Of a stretch of 31,459 bases of DNA, positions 1 through 8,891 are shown piece by piece; position 1 is the stretch's first letter, and each line of letters begins with the position of its first letter. Source of the stretch: Phycisphaerae bacterium (lineage in GTDB: Bacteria; Planctomycetota; Phycisphaerae; UBA1845); NCBI GenBank assembly GCA_046754365.1, contig JBHHVO010000001.1:1-31459 (forward strand), given 5' to 3'. The translations under genes and the position numbers were made by a program. The notes beneath the pieces were generated by a model, which made no database searches, was not told the DNA's origin, and saw only the letters and a program-made list of their open reading frames with translations.

Positions 1-121
1 ATAAAATGAGCGGCGGTGATCCGGACTTGCCGACGAGTCGCCAGCACCACCGCTGGTACGCGGGCAGTCGATACGTACTGGGTCGTCGCCCCGTGGTCAC
101 CTTCATCGCAGGGGTTGGGTT

Positions 122-1642
122 ATGACACACATCAACACGATTCGATACGGTACGATCGCGCTCGCTTTGGCGTGGGGATTTTCGGCCGGGGCGCTGGACG
201 CCGCCGGCGGTCCGCGACGGCGCGCGTCGTCATCGGCCACGCGCTCGGTAGGCAAGGCGCGGGTCGGCGGGCGCAGCGCCGTCCGCCATGGCGGCGCCCG
301 CTCACGCTCCATCGGTTCGCGACACACCGTGGCCAGACGCGGCGGCACGCGGTCCTTCATCGGTGCGCGGAGGGGCGGCGCCAGGGCGACCGGCGGTCGC
401 CGCACGGTGTCGCGCGCGCACCGGGCTACGCCGCGGGCATCGACGGCGCGCCGGATCGGCAAGTCGCGCGTCGGCGGTCGGTCATTCTCCACACCGCGCG
501 GCTCGACCGCCAGGTGGGGCACGCGGTCGAGCGCCAGGTCGGGCACCGTCCGGTCGTCGCGCACGACCGCGAAGCTGCGTCGCCCCGGCGCCGGGCGTTC
601 CGGAACGTTCACGCGCACGCCGCTCCTGCGCCACGCCAACCCGTCATCCGTTGCTCGCCATAAGGCCCCCGCGCGCGGGAACGCGACCACCGGGTTGTTC
701 GGCGGTTCCGCGACCGGCGCGCAACACGGTGGCATCGGCGGCACGCACCACGGGCCGTCGGTGTCGTTCTCGGCCGGTCTCTTGACCGATCACGCCGTCG
801 TGGGCATCCACCTCGGCGACGGGCACCACGACACAACCCACGGCCTCGCGCTCGGGCTGCTCGGCACGGCGCACTTCGGCCATAGCGGCTTCCATCACGG
901 CTTTGGCCATTTCCCCCACTATGGTTACACCGCATACTACCCGTACAATTCCTATTACTATTCAGGCTACGATCCGTACTACTATCCATCCCGCGCGTAC
1001 TACCGCTACGACACGTACGTGGACCGATTCTACGACAACGACCTCTACTACGCCGACACGGCCGTCGGTCGCGGTGACGGCTATGTCGGTGCGGCATGGT
1101 ATGAGCCGCCCGACCAAGAGCAGGTGGTTCCCGAGCCCGATTCCACGTACGCCGCGCCGCCGTCACCGATCCAGGCGTTGCTCGAGCAGGGGCACGACGC
1201 GTTCCGTCGCGGGGCCTACGAAGAGGCCAGAAGCCGCTACGTACGCGCGATCCTCGCCGATGAGGCCGGCGGCGTAGCCAAGCTCTTCTACGGCTTTGCG
1301 AACGTCGCGCTCGGTGACTACGAACAGGCGGCCGTCGCGTTTCGCCGCGCGTTGATCGCGACACCGGAGCTCATCGACACCCCGCCCGACCTGCGTGACC
1401 TCTACCGCGACGACGACCGACTCACCGCGCACATCACGGACCTGGCCGCGTTCTTCGCCGCCCATCCCGAAAGCCGCGACGCACTTTTCGTACTCGGGTA
1501 CATGCATTATGCCGCCGCCGATCCGGTCGCGGCGCTCGACGCGTTCACCGCACTCTGCGACGCCGATCCGTCCGACGACGTCGTCATGCTCCTCCGCCAC
1601 GCCGCCCGGCGCGCCGTGCGGCACGCCGCACCGAGCCCATGA
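122..1642 (+). CDS. Secreted low-complexity protein (Arg/Gly/Ser/Thr, His/Gly and Tyr-rich tracts) with C-terminal TPR-like domain
   Basis: 506-aa ORF. Signal-peptide-like N-terminus (IRYGTIALALAWGFSAGALDA). C-terminal TPR-like helices (LLEQGHDAFRRGAYEEARSRYVRAILAD; FYGFANVALGDYEQAAVAFRRAL; LFVLGYMHY). Confidence 0.8.
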   Translation: MTHINTIRYGTIALALAWGFSAGALDAAGGPRRRASSSATRSVGKARVGGRSAVRHGGARSRSIGSRHTVARRGGTRSFIGARRGGARATGGRRTVSRAHRATPRASTARRIGKSRVGGRSFSTPRGSTARWGTRSSARSGTVRSSRTTAKLRRPGAGRSGTFTRTPLLRHANPSSVARHKAPARGNATTGLFGGSATGAQHGGIGGTHHGPSVSFSAGLLTDHAVVGIHLGDGHHDTTHGLALGLLGTAHFGHSGFHHGFGHFPHYGYTAYYPYNSYYYSGYDPYYYPSRAYYRYDTYVDRFYDNDLYYADTAVGRGDGYVGAAWYEPPDQEQVVPEPDSTYAAPPSPIQALLEQGHDAFRRGAYEEARSRYVRAILADEAGGVAKLFYGFANVALGDYEQAAVAFRRALIATPELIDTPPDLRDLYRDDDRLTAHITDLAAFFAAHPESRDALFVLGYMHYAAADPVAALDAFTALCDADPSDDVVMLLRHAARRAVRHAAPSP

Positions 1643-1967
1643 TCGACCCACGACAACGAAGCGGGTCCATCAGTGCGTAGCGAACCGGAGTCCGTCACCG
1701 ACCGGACACCGGCGCAAACCGGAGTTCATGCCGTACGGTAGTTCGTGACGGACCGGGCGTCGTCGCGCACGGGTGCTTGGCAGGAGCAGGAGTTCACCAC
1801 GAGCCGGAGTTCGTCGCGCTCCGCAGCCCCAAGGTCCGGCCGTCGCTCACGCGTCCATGGTGTGGCCGAACAGCCCGCCGAACCAATCCCATCGATGCCG
1901 CACCCACTCGTCCCGGCGGAGTTGACCGGTGACAGGCGTTCGGCGACAAAGCGTTCACGAGCACCAC

Positions 1968-2876
1968 ATGACGAACGCGAAGATCCACACGGCGACGGTC
2001 GTCGCCAGCGAGGGACTGTGTCGCGAGCACCGCCGGCTCGTAGTGGACGTCGTCGGCTTCGGCGCGGCCAGTCCGGGACAGTTCGTGCACATCTGTCCCG
2101 ACCCGCACGAGACGCGTGACACGGCCCGCCACGGGGCCGCGGGCCCCATGCTGAGGCGGGCGTTCAGCATCGCCGGCCTGCAGGCGCACGGCGACCGGAC
2201 GCGGATCGACATCGTGTACCGCGTCGTCGGACGCGGAACCACGTGGATGGCGTCGCTCGTTCGCGGCGGCTCGATGAGCGTGCTCGGTCCAGTCGGCAAC
2301 GCATTCCCGATCAACGCATCGAAGCCGATCGCGTGGCTCGTGGCCGGTGGTGTCGGGCTGCCGCCGATGTTCTGGCTCGCGGAGGCGTTGCAGCGGGCTG
2401 GCGTCGGCGGCGTGGCGTTCTGCGGCGCGCGGTCGCGCGATCTGCTCGCCCTCTCGCTTGATGCCGATCACCTGCCGCCACCCGACGCGCGAACCGCCAC
2501 GCCGTGCGCGGCCGAGTTCGCGCGGCACGGTGTACCGGTGGTGCTCAGCACGGACGACGGCACACTCGGCTTCGCCGGCCACATCGGCCAAGCCCTCGCC
2601 GCGTACGGCGCCGCCCACCCTACCGACCCATCCGCTATCACCGTCTACACGTGCGGTCCGGAGCCGATGATGCGCTTTGTCGCCGCGTATTGCGTCGACC
2701 GCGACATCGAATGCCACGTCTGCGCGGAGCGCGCGATGGCATGCGGCATGGGCACGTGCCAGTCCTGTGTCATACCGGTCCGTGACGAGCTCGATCCCGA
2801 CGGCTGGCGCTACGCGCTGTGTTGCACGCACGGCCCGGTGTTCGACGCCCGCCGCATCATCTGGGAAACACCGTAA
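1968..2876 (+). CDS. pyrK: Dihydroorotate dehydrogenase electron transfer subunit (PyrK-like FAD/NAD/2Fe-2S protein)
   Basis: FAD-binding PGQFV and LRRAFSI, GPVGNAF, NAD-binding LVAGGVGLPP, YTCGPEPMM, 2Fe-2S motif MACGMGTCQSC...CTHGPVF. ATG at 1968 chosen over the GTG at 1929. Confidence 0.82.
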   Translation: MTNAKIHTATVVASEGLCREHRRLVVDVVGFGAASPGQFVHICPDPHETRDTARHGAAGPMLRRAFSIAGLQAHGDRTRIDIVYRVVGRGTTWMASLVRGGSMSVLGPVGNAFPINASKPIAWLVAGGVGLPPMFWLAEALQRAGVGGVAFCGARSRDLLALSLDADHLPPPDARTATPCAAEFARHGVPVVLSTDDGTLGFAGHIGQALAAYGAAHPTDPSAITVYTCGPEPMMRFVAAYCVDRDIECHVCAERAMACGMGTCQSCVIPVRDELDPDGWRYALCCTHGPVFDARRIIWETP

Positions 2877-2892
2877 CCGCTACGCGCGCCGA

Positions 2893-2975
2893 GGTGTGTG
2901 TGGAACCGAACTGTGTGTGGCACCTGGGTATGTGTGGCACCGAAGGTATGTGTGGCACCGGTTTCCAACCGGTGC
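2893..2975 (+). repeat. Four tandem 16-18 nt units ending in a REP-like hairpin
   Basis: Units: GGTGTGTGTGGAACCGAA (2893), CTGTGTGTGGCACCTG (2911), GGTATGTGTGGCACCGAA (2927), GGTATGTGTGGCACCGGT (2945). The last runs into the hairpin GCACCGGTT-TCC-AACCGGTGC (2955-2975). Lies between convergent genes. Confidence 0.85.
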
Positions 2976-3019
2976 AGATGTGCGTTCAGCCCCCGCCACG
3001 CAGTCGTTTCAACACGCGG

Positions 3020-3655
3020 TTACGGACGTGGCGTGTCCGCCGCGGTCGGGGCACTCGGCGGGCTCGGGGCAGTCGGAGCGGTCGGTTCGGCGCGCCGTCC
3101 GATGGCTGCAAGGATCGCCGCCTCGAGCCGCCGGTCGCGCGCGACAGTCTGCCACGCGACGTTTTGCCGCGGCAGCGTCCCCGCTTCCCTGTCGATCGGC
3201 GTGCGCCCGGTATCGACGGTGCCGCGATCCTCAAGGAACAGACGCTGGGTCACCGTGGCCGAACGTTGCACGCGCGCCCGGCAGTACACGTTCGTGCCCG
3301 CCTCCGTCTCGCGCGTCCGAAGCTCGATGAGCCGGCGCACGCGCGCGCTGCGGCCGAAGAGCGACGGGCCGCCCGCCCATCCCCGGTCGGCTCGCGCGGC
3401 CGCGGGGAGCGTCGTAATGACACCGGCGTCGGCCTCGACGCGATCGATGCCGTAGCCCAACGACTCGAGCACCGCCACCGCGAGTTCCGCGGCCTGCGCC
3501 GCATCGCGCTGCACACCCGCCACGCGACGCACGCTGAAGCTCATCGGCGCCCCGCCGCCGGCGGCACAGCCGGATGCAAGCCACGACACCACGGCGCACG
3601 ACGCCCATCGGACGTATGGCCTCGCCGGCCCAACAGCTCGTTGAAACACGCGCAT
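3020..3655 (-). CDS. Hypothetical lipoprotein
   Basis: 211-aa ORF. Basic N-terminus, hydrophobic stretch and lipobox LASG-C. Pro/Ala/Thr-rich C-terminal tail. Confidence 0.7.
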   Translation of the reverse strand: MRVFQRAVGPARPYVRWASCAVVSWLASGCAAGGGAPMSFSVRRVAGVQRDAAQAAELAVAVLESLGYGIDRVEADAGVITTLPAAARADRGWAGGPSLFGRSARVRRLIELRTRETEAGTNVYCRARVQRSATVTQRLFLEDRGTVDTGRTPIDREAGTLPRQNVAWQTVARDRRLEAAILAAIGRRAEPTAPTAPSPPSAPTAADTPRP

Positions 3656-3661
3656 AGCGCT

Positions 3662-3689
3662 ATTATTCGCCGATGCGCCGACCGTGCAA
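3662..3689 (-). promoter_or_regulatory. Putative sigma70-type promoter, probably giving a leaderless mRNA
   Basis: TTGCAC (3689-3684), 16-nt spacer, AATAAT (3667-3662), then 6 nt to the ATG at 3655. Confidence 0.45.
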
Positions 3690-3805
3690 GCGATCCCGGC
3701 GAGATCGGCGCTTCAGGACGGATGCTGGGAGCGCGTTGGACAAGCCTCTCTCAGACCCGCGCCCGACGCGGACAAGTACCGCCACCACTCGCCGCGCGAA
3801 TCGCG

Positions 3806-5182
3806 TCAGCGCAGGCCATAGTCCCGGAGCTTGCGGTAGAGCGTCCGTGCGCCGATGCCGAGGGCCTTGGCCGTCTTTTCGCGGTTGCCGCCGAACAGGC
3901 GCAGCGTGTTCATGATGTGCAGCCTTTCGACGTCCGCCATGGTCATACCGGCCAGGTTCGGCGGACCGACCGGGACGATGTCGGTCGACGCCTGCAGCGA
4001 TGGCGGTAGATCGTCGACCGTCAGGCTCTGGCCCTCCGCTTCGAGACACATGCGCTCGATCACGTTCCGGAGCTCGCGGACGTTGCCGGGCCAGCGGTAG
4101 TTCATGAGCTTGCGCATGACCGCCGGTACGACGCCCTCGAAGTGCGTGCCGTTCTCGCGGTTCACCTGTTCGACGAACCGCTGCACCATCGCGGGGATGT
4201 CCTCGGTCCGCTCGCGCAGCGGCGGCAGCCGGATCGCGCCGTGTGCATGGAGCCGGTAGAACAGATCCTCCCGAAACACGCCGGTGCGCACCAGTTCGCC
4301 GAGGTCACGATTCGTCGCCGCGATGAACCGCACGTCGAAGAACTCGATGTCGTTCGTGCCGACGCGCAGCACTTCCCCGTTCTCTATCGTACGAAGGAGC
4401 TTGGCCTGCATCTGAGAGGGCATGTCACCGATCTCGTCGAGGAACAGCGTGCCGCCGTCCGCCGCCTCCACCATGCCCTTTCGATCGGCGATCGCGCCGG
4501 TGAACGCGCCCTTGACGTGACCGAAGAGCTCGCTCTCCAGCAGCGTCTCACTCACCGCCGCGCAATTAAGAACCTTGAACGGCTTGCCCGCGCGAGGCGA
4601 GTTCGCATGAATCGCGTGGGCGAACAACTCCTTGCCGGTGCCGGTCTCACCGACAATGAGCACCGTCGCCTTGCTCCGCGCGATCTTCTTGACACGCTTG
4701 ATCTCGCGACGCACCGCATCGGAACCGCCGATGATTCCCGCGAACTCGAACGCCGCATCGATCTGCTCGCGCAGCAGACGCGATTCGCGACCGGCCAGCG
4801 CCTGTTTCGCCGCACGCGCCACCTTCGCCCGCAGCAGGTCGATGTCGATCGGCTTGATGAGATAATCGTACGCGCGGTATTCGCTGTCCTGGCTCAGCGC
4901 CTCCCGTGCCAGCGCCTCGCTCCCATAGGCCGTGATGACGATCACCTCGGTCTCGCGACGCAGGCGTTTCGCCTCGCGCAGCACGTCCATGCCCGTCACG
5001 CGGCCGCCGAGCTTGTAATCGGTCACCACCACGTCGGGCGGATGTGTTTCGATGCTTTCGATCGCGGCATCGGCCGTCTGCACCGTGTGGCACGCGAAGT
5101 TCGAGCGCGTCAACGCCTCCGCGATCGCCTCACCGTGGGCGGGCTCGTCTTCGACAATCAATACAAACGCTGCCTCACCCAT
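3806..5182 (-). CDS. Sigma54-dependent response regulator (NtrC/AtoC family: REC-AAA-Fis HTH)
   Basis: Receiver VLIVEDE...VVVTDYKL...YLIKP, Walker A GETGTGKE, intact GAFTGA loop, Walker [49 protein letters not shown]. Start MGEAAF at 5182. Confidence 0.95.
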   Translation of the reverse strand: MGEAAFVLIVEDEPAHGEAIAEALTRSNFACHTVQTADAAIESIETHPPDVVVTDYKLGGRVTGMDVLREAKRLRRETEVIVITAYGSEALAREALSQDSEYRAYDYLIKPIDIDLLRAKVARAAKQALAGRESRLLREQIDAAFEFAGIIGGSDAVRREIKRVKKIARSKATVLIVGETGTGKELFAHAIHANSPRAGKPFKVLNCAAVSETLLESELFGHVKGAFTGAIADRKGMVEAADGGTLFLDEIGDMPSQMQAKLLRTIENGEVLRVGTNDIEFFDVRFIAATNRDLGELVRTGVFREDLFYRLHAHGAIRLPPLRERTEDIPAMVQRFVEQVNRENGTHFEGVVPAVMRKLMNYRWPGNVRELRNVIERMCLEAEGQSLTVDDLPPSLQASTDIVPVGPPNLAGMTMADVERLHIMNTLRLFGGNREKTAKALGIGARTLYRKLRDYGLR

Positions 5183-5189
5183 ACAGAGC

Positions 5190-5963
5190 CTACGTCGGCG
5201 ACGGCGGTTCGGCCGCATCATCCGCGGGCGGCGACACCGGCGACGCATCCGGCCCCGGAAGGCGAATCGTAAACGTCGTCCCCCGGCCGGGCGAACTCTC
5301 AAACGACAACGATCCGCCGTGCCCCGCCACGATGCGACGCGTGATCGACAGCCCCAATCCCGTCCCGCGGGCCTTGGTCGAGAAGAACGGACGCATGATC
5401 CGCGATGCGTCCTCCGGCGCAATGCCCGCGCCGGTGTCGGACATCGTCAGCGCCACACCCGCGCCGTCCCGCCGCACGCCGATGCGCAACGTCCCGCCGT
5501 CCGGCATCGCCTCCAGCGCGTTGAGCGCGATGTTGAGCAGTGCCTGACTGAGCTGGTCCTCATCGGCCGATACGTACAGCGCGTCGGATGGACCGTCCAC
5601 CTGCAGCACCACACCACGACTCCGCGCCATCGGTTCAATAAACGTCGCGAGCCGCGACACGACCTCACGCACGTTCACACGGATCAGGTGGAACCGACAC
5701 GTCCCCGTCAGGTTCAGGAATTCGTCGAACAATCCCTGGAGTCGCTCCGCCTCGCGTCGGACGACTTCGAGCTTGAGCAGCGCCCGCCGGCGCAGGGCGT
5801 CGGCGTCGCCGTGCTCGTCGCGAAGGTCCTCGGCCAGTAGCCGGAGGTTCACCATCAGCGTGGAAAGCGGGTTGCGGAGTTCGTGCGCGAGACCGCCGAT
5901 GAGCTCGGTCAGCTCGGACACGGTCTGATGGTTGGACGGTTGCTCGTGGGGCGGAGCCGACAT
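5190..5963 (-). CDS. Histidine kinase (HisKA + HATPase_c only, no sensor domain)
   Basis: H-box LAHELRNPL, N-box ALLNIALNALEAM, G1 SDTGAGI, F/G2 PFFSTKARGTGLGLSI. Ends 7 nt before the regulator start. ATG at 5963 (MSAPPHE). Confidence 0.9.
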   Translation of the reverse strand: MSAPPHEQPSNHQTVSELTELIGGLAHELRNPLSTLMVNLRLLAEDLRDEHGDADALRRRALLKLEVVRREAERLQGLFDEFLNLTGTCRFHLIRVNVREVVSRLATFIEPMARSRGVVLQVDGPSDALYVSADEDQLSQALLNIALNALEAMPDGGTLRIGVRRDGAGVALTMSDTGAGIAPEDASRIMRPFFSTKARGTGLGLSITRRIVAGHGGSLSFESSPGRGTTFTIRLPGPDASPVSPPADDAAEPPSPT

Positions 5964-6124
5964 GGTGCGGTTTCGGTGCAGCCTTGACCAGGCGCCTCTC
6001 ACGCGACGTGGCAAGCCGCCCTCCCATACGGCCGCCCTCCGATCCGGCGGCCCGGACACCGACGCATCAGCCGCGAAGCGGCCGAGGGACGTCCGGCGCG
6101 GCGGCCGTCGCACCGACAACCGGC

Positions 6125-6349
6125 CTACCCATCTGGGGGAACGCGTTCCGCGAGCCGCACGCCGCGCGCCTGAGGACCCTTGTCCGACTCGACGAAGCTG
6201 TACTCCACCGTGTCACCATCCTTGAGGCACTTGAACCCTTCGCCCTCAATCGCGGAATAGTGCACGAACACGTCAGGTCCGCCACTTGGACCCAGGATGA
6301 ACCCGAAGCCCTTCCGTGGATCGAACCACTTTACCTTACCGGTCGGCAT
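6125..6349 (-). CDS. cspA: Cold-shock domain protein (CspA family)
   Basis: GKVKWFD, RNP1 KGFGFI, RNP2 [12 protein letters not shown]. 74 aa from the ATG at 6349. The paralogue name within the Csp family is uncertain. Confidence 0.95.
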   Translation of the reverse strand: MPTGKVKWFDPRKGFGFILGPSGGPDVFVHYSAIEGEGFKCLKDGDTVEYSFVESDKGPQARGVRLAERVPPDG

Positions 6350-6353
6350 CACG

Positions 6354-6360
6354 ACCTCCT
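6354..6360 (-). promoter_or_regulatory. Strong Shine-Dalgarno site for the csp gene
   Basis: AGGAGGT on the minus strand, 4 nt upstream of the ATG at 6349. Confidence 0.8.
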
Positions 6361-6686
6361 CCTACTCGGAAAGCAGGATCGGGCATGCACCGTCAGTCAA
6401 GCCGTCCGTCCGCACCGGCTCCAAAACCTCAGGATTCGCCTGCCCGCACACGGCTCCGGTCCCCTCCGCGTGCGTCCGCGCCGCCCCGGCTACCTCCGGC
6501 AGGCCGGCGCGATCGTGTCGTTCGTGTGGCCGGCGTCGGACCACCGCCCCCACGCAGCGAGCGGTCGCGCTGCATTCGGTGTCGTACGTGGTTCTGCCGA
6601 TCGCGCGCCCAGCGCGCATCGCCGCGCGATGCGATCCACGGGCCAGGCCACGGGCGGCGCCGTCGGGACAATGCGGCCAGCGCGGT

Positions 6687-8801
6687 CTACATCGTGGATG
6701 CCGGTTGAGCCTCCTCCTCCAGCATCGCCGCCTTCCGGGACAGCTTGATCCGCCCCTGATCATCCACGAGCAGGACCTTGACGCGAACCAGATCGCCGAT
6801 CTTGACAACGTCCGACACCGACTTGACATACTCGGTATCGAGTTCACTCACGTGACACAGGCCGTCCTGGCCCGGTGTGAGTTCGATGAACGCACCGAAA
6901 TCCTTGATGCTTGCGACCTTGCCGTTGTAGATCTTGCCCACCTTGACCTCGGCCGTCACCGCCTCGATCATCTCGATCGCGCGGTCCGCGCCGGCCAGCT
7001 CGCGACACGCGACGAGGATCGTGCCGTCCTCTCCGATGTCGATCGTCGCGCCGCTCTCGGCCTCGATCCCGCGAATGCCCTTGCCGCCCGGACCAATGAC
7101 CTTGCCGATCTTCTCGGGATCGATCTTGATCGTGAGAATCCGCGGGGCGTACTTGTTCGTGTCACCGCGCGGCTGTTTGATCGTGCCCAACATGTGTTTG
7201 AGGATCTGCTGACGGGCCTCACGGGCGACCTGCAGCGCCTCGCGGATTACGTCTTGTGACATGCCGCGGGCTTTCAAGTCCAACTGGACGGCCGTGATCC
7301 CCCGACCGGTACCCGCCACCTTGAAGTCCATCTCGCCGAAGTGGTCCTCCTCACCGAGGATGTCCACAACGAGCTTCTGTTCGCCGCCGTGCGCGAACAT
7401 GCCAACCGAAATACCCGCCACAGGCTGCTTGATCGGGACACCCGCGTCCATCATCGCCAGGCAGCCCGCACACACGCTCGCCATCGAGCTTGATCCGTTG
7501 GATTCGAAAATCTCCGACACGAGCCGGATCGTATACGGAAACCGCTCCGGGCTCGGCAACACGTACTCCAGCGAGCGCTCGGCGAGGTGGCCGTGGCCGA
7601 TCTCGCGACGCGTCGTCGCCCCGACCCGCCGAACCTCCCCCGTACACAACGGCGGGAAATTGTAGTGCAGCATGAACTTCTTGCTGTACTCCTCCGTAAG
7701 CCCGTCCACGATCTGTTCATCGCGCCCCGTACCGAGCGTCACGACGCACAGCGACTGCGTCTCGCCACGCTGAAACAGCGCTGATCCGTGCACCCGCGGT
7801 AGGACCGCGACTTCGCTTTCGAGCGGCCGGATGTCGCGAGGGCCGCGCCCGTCCGATCGCACGCCTTCGCGCACGACCGTCTCGGCCATGATCTCGCCCT
7901 CGAGCTCGTCGACGATGTCACGCAACACGGTCCAGCTCGGGTCGACGCACTCGCCGTCGTCGTTCGCGTATGCCTCCTTCACCGCGTCGTAGACCGCGCG
8001 GACAGCGTCGTAGCGGTCCTGCTTGCCCGACACCTTGCGCGCCCGCCGCAGGTCGGCCTCGTACTTCCGGCGAATGTCCGCGCGAAGATCGTCGGTGGGC
8101 GGCGGCGGCGTCCACACCTTGTCCTTCCCGGCCTTGGCCTGAAGCTCGGCGATCATGTCGCACATCTCAATGATCGTGCGGTGCCCGAACGCGATGCCGT
8201 CGGCCACCACGTCCTCGCTCACTTCCGCCGCGCCGACCTCGATCATGTTGACCGCGTCTTTATGCCCGGCGACGACCATTTCCATGTCGCTCTCTTCGAG
8301 CTGGCTGAGCGTCGGATTGAGCACATGGCGACCGTCGATATACCCGACACGGCACGCGGCCACCGGACCGTCAAACGGGATGTGCGATACGCACAGCGCC
8401 GCCGATGCGCCGACCATCGAGAGGATGTCGGGATCGTTCTCCTGATCCGTCGCGAGCGCCATGGTTTGGATCAACACTTCGTCCTTGAAACCCTTGGGAA
8501 ACAGCGGACGGATCGGGCGATCCGTCATCCGCATCGTCAGGATCTCCTTCTGTGTCGGGCGCGTTTCCCGTTTGAAGAAGCCGCCCGGAAACTTGCCTGC
8601 GGCGTACGTCTTCTCCCGGTAATCCACCGTCAGCGGGAAAAAATCGATCCCCGGTCGTGGTGCGCCCGTCACCACGGCCGCAAACACCACCGTCTCGCCG
8701 TACGTCACATACACCGAACCCGCCGCCTGTTTGCCAAGCTTGCCCGTTTCGAGCCGTAACGTCTCATGTCCGATCTTGCGCTCTACAGAATGAATCGCCA
8801 T
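6687..8801 (-). CDS. pnp: Polyribonucleotide nucleotidyltransferase (PNPase)
   Basis: FFPLTVDYRE, FPGGFFKRE, HGSALFQRGETQ, FMLHYNFPP, RREIGHG, ESNGSSSMASVC, EDHFGEMDFKVAGT, followed by KH and S1 domains. 704 aa, downstream of rpsO. Confidence 0.98.
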   Translation of the reverse strand: MAIHSVERKIGHETLRLETGKLGKQAAGSVYVTYGETVVFAAVVTGAPRPGIDFFPLTVDYREKTYAAGKFPGGFFKRETRPTQKEILTMRMTDRPIRPLFPKGFKDEVLIQTMALATDQENDPDILSMVGASAALCVSHIPFDGPVAACRVGYIDGRHVLNPTLSQLEESDMEMVVAGHKDAVNMIEVGAAEVSEDVVADGIAFGHRTIIEMCDMIAELQAKAGKDKVWTPPPPTDDLRADIRRKYEADLRRARKVSGKQDRYDAVRAVYDAVKEAYANDDGECVDPSWTVLRDIVDELEGEIMAETVVREGVRSDGRGPRDIRPLESEVAVLPRVHGSALFQRGETQSLCVVTLGTGRDEQIVDGLTEEYSKKFMLHYNFPPLCTGEVRRVGATTRREIGHGHLAERSLEYVLPSPERFPYTIRLVSEIFESNGSSSMASVCAGCLAMMDAGVPIKQPVAGISVGMFAHGGEQKLVVDILGEEDHFGEMDFKVAGTGRGITAVQLDLKARGMSQDVIREALQVAREARQQILKHMLGTIKQPRGDTNKYAPRILTIKIDPEKIGKVIGPGGKGIRGIEAESGATIDIGEDGTILVACRELAGADRAIEMIEAVTAEVKVGKIYNGKVASIKDFGAFIELTPGQDGLCHVSELDTEYVKSVSDVVKIGDLVRVKVLLVDDQGRIKLSRKAAMLEEEAQPASTM

Positions 8802-8856
8802 CTAGTCGTCCCTACTACTTCCTGCCATCATTGAAAACAAAGTCACTTGAGATGCC

Positions 8857-8891
8857 AAAAAAACACGCGTCGAGCCCCGTGCTCCACACGC
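8857..8891 (-). terminator. Possible intrinsic terminator or attenuator upstream of pnp
   Basis: Minus strand GCGU-gug-GAGC-acggg-GCUC-g-ACGC, then GUG and U7 (8863-8857), about 55 nt before the pnp ATG. The stem is weak and interrupted. Confidence 0.35.

Noticed and set aside
1-121. TAAAAT at 2-7 as promoter of the first gene
   Set aside because: At the window edge with the -35 region not visible, so it cannot be evaluated.
2893-2975. Possible mini-CRISPR array
   Set aside because: Units are head-to-tail, 16-18 nt, with no unique spacers, no leader and no cas genes.
7323-7350. PNPase GEMDFK instead of GDMDFK as an inactive enzyme
   Set aside because: The two metal-binding Asp residues (in EDH and MDF) are intact. 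The change is conservative and at a neighbouring position.
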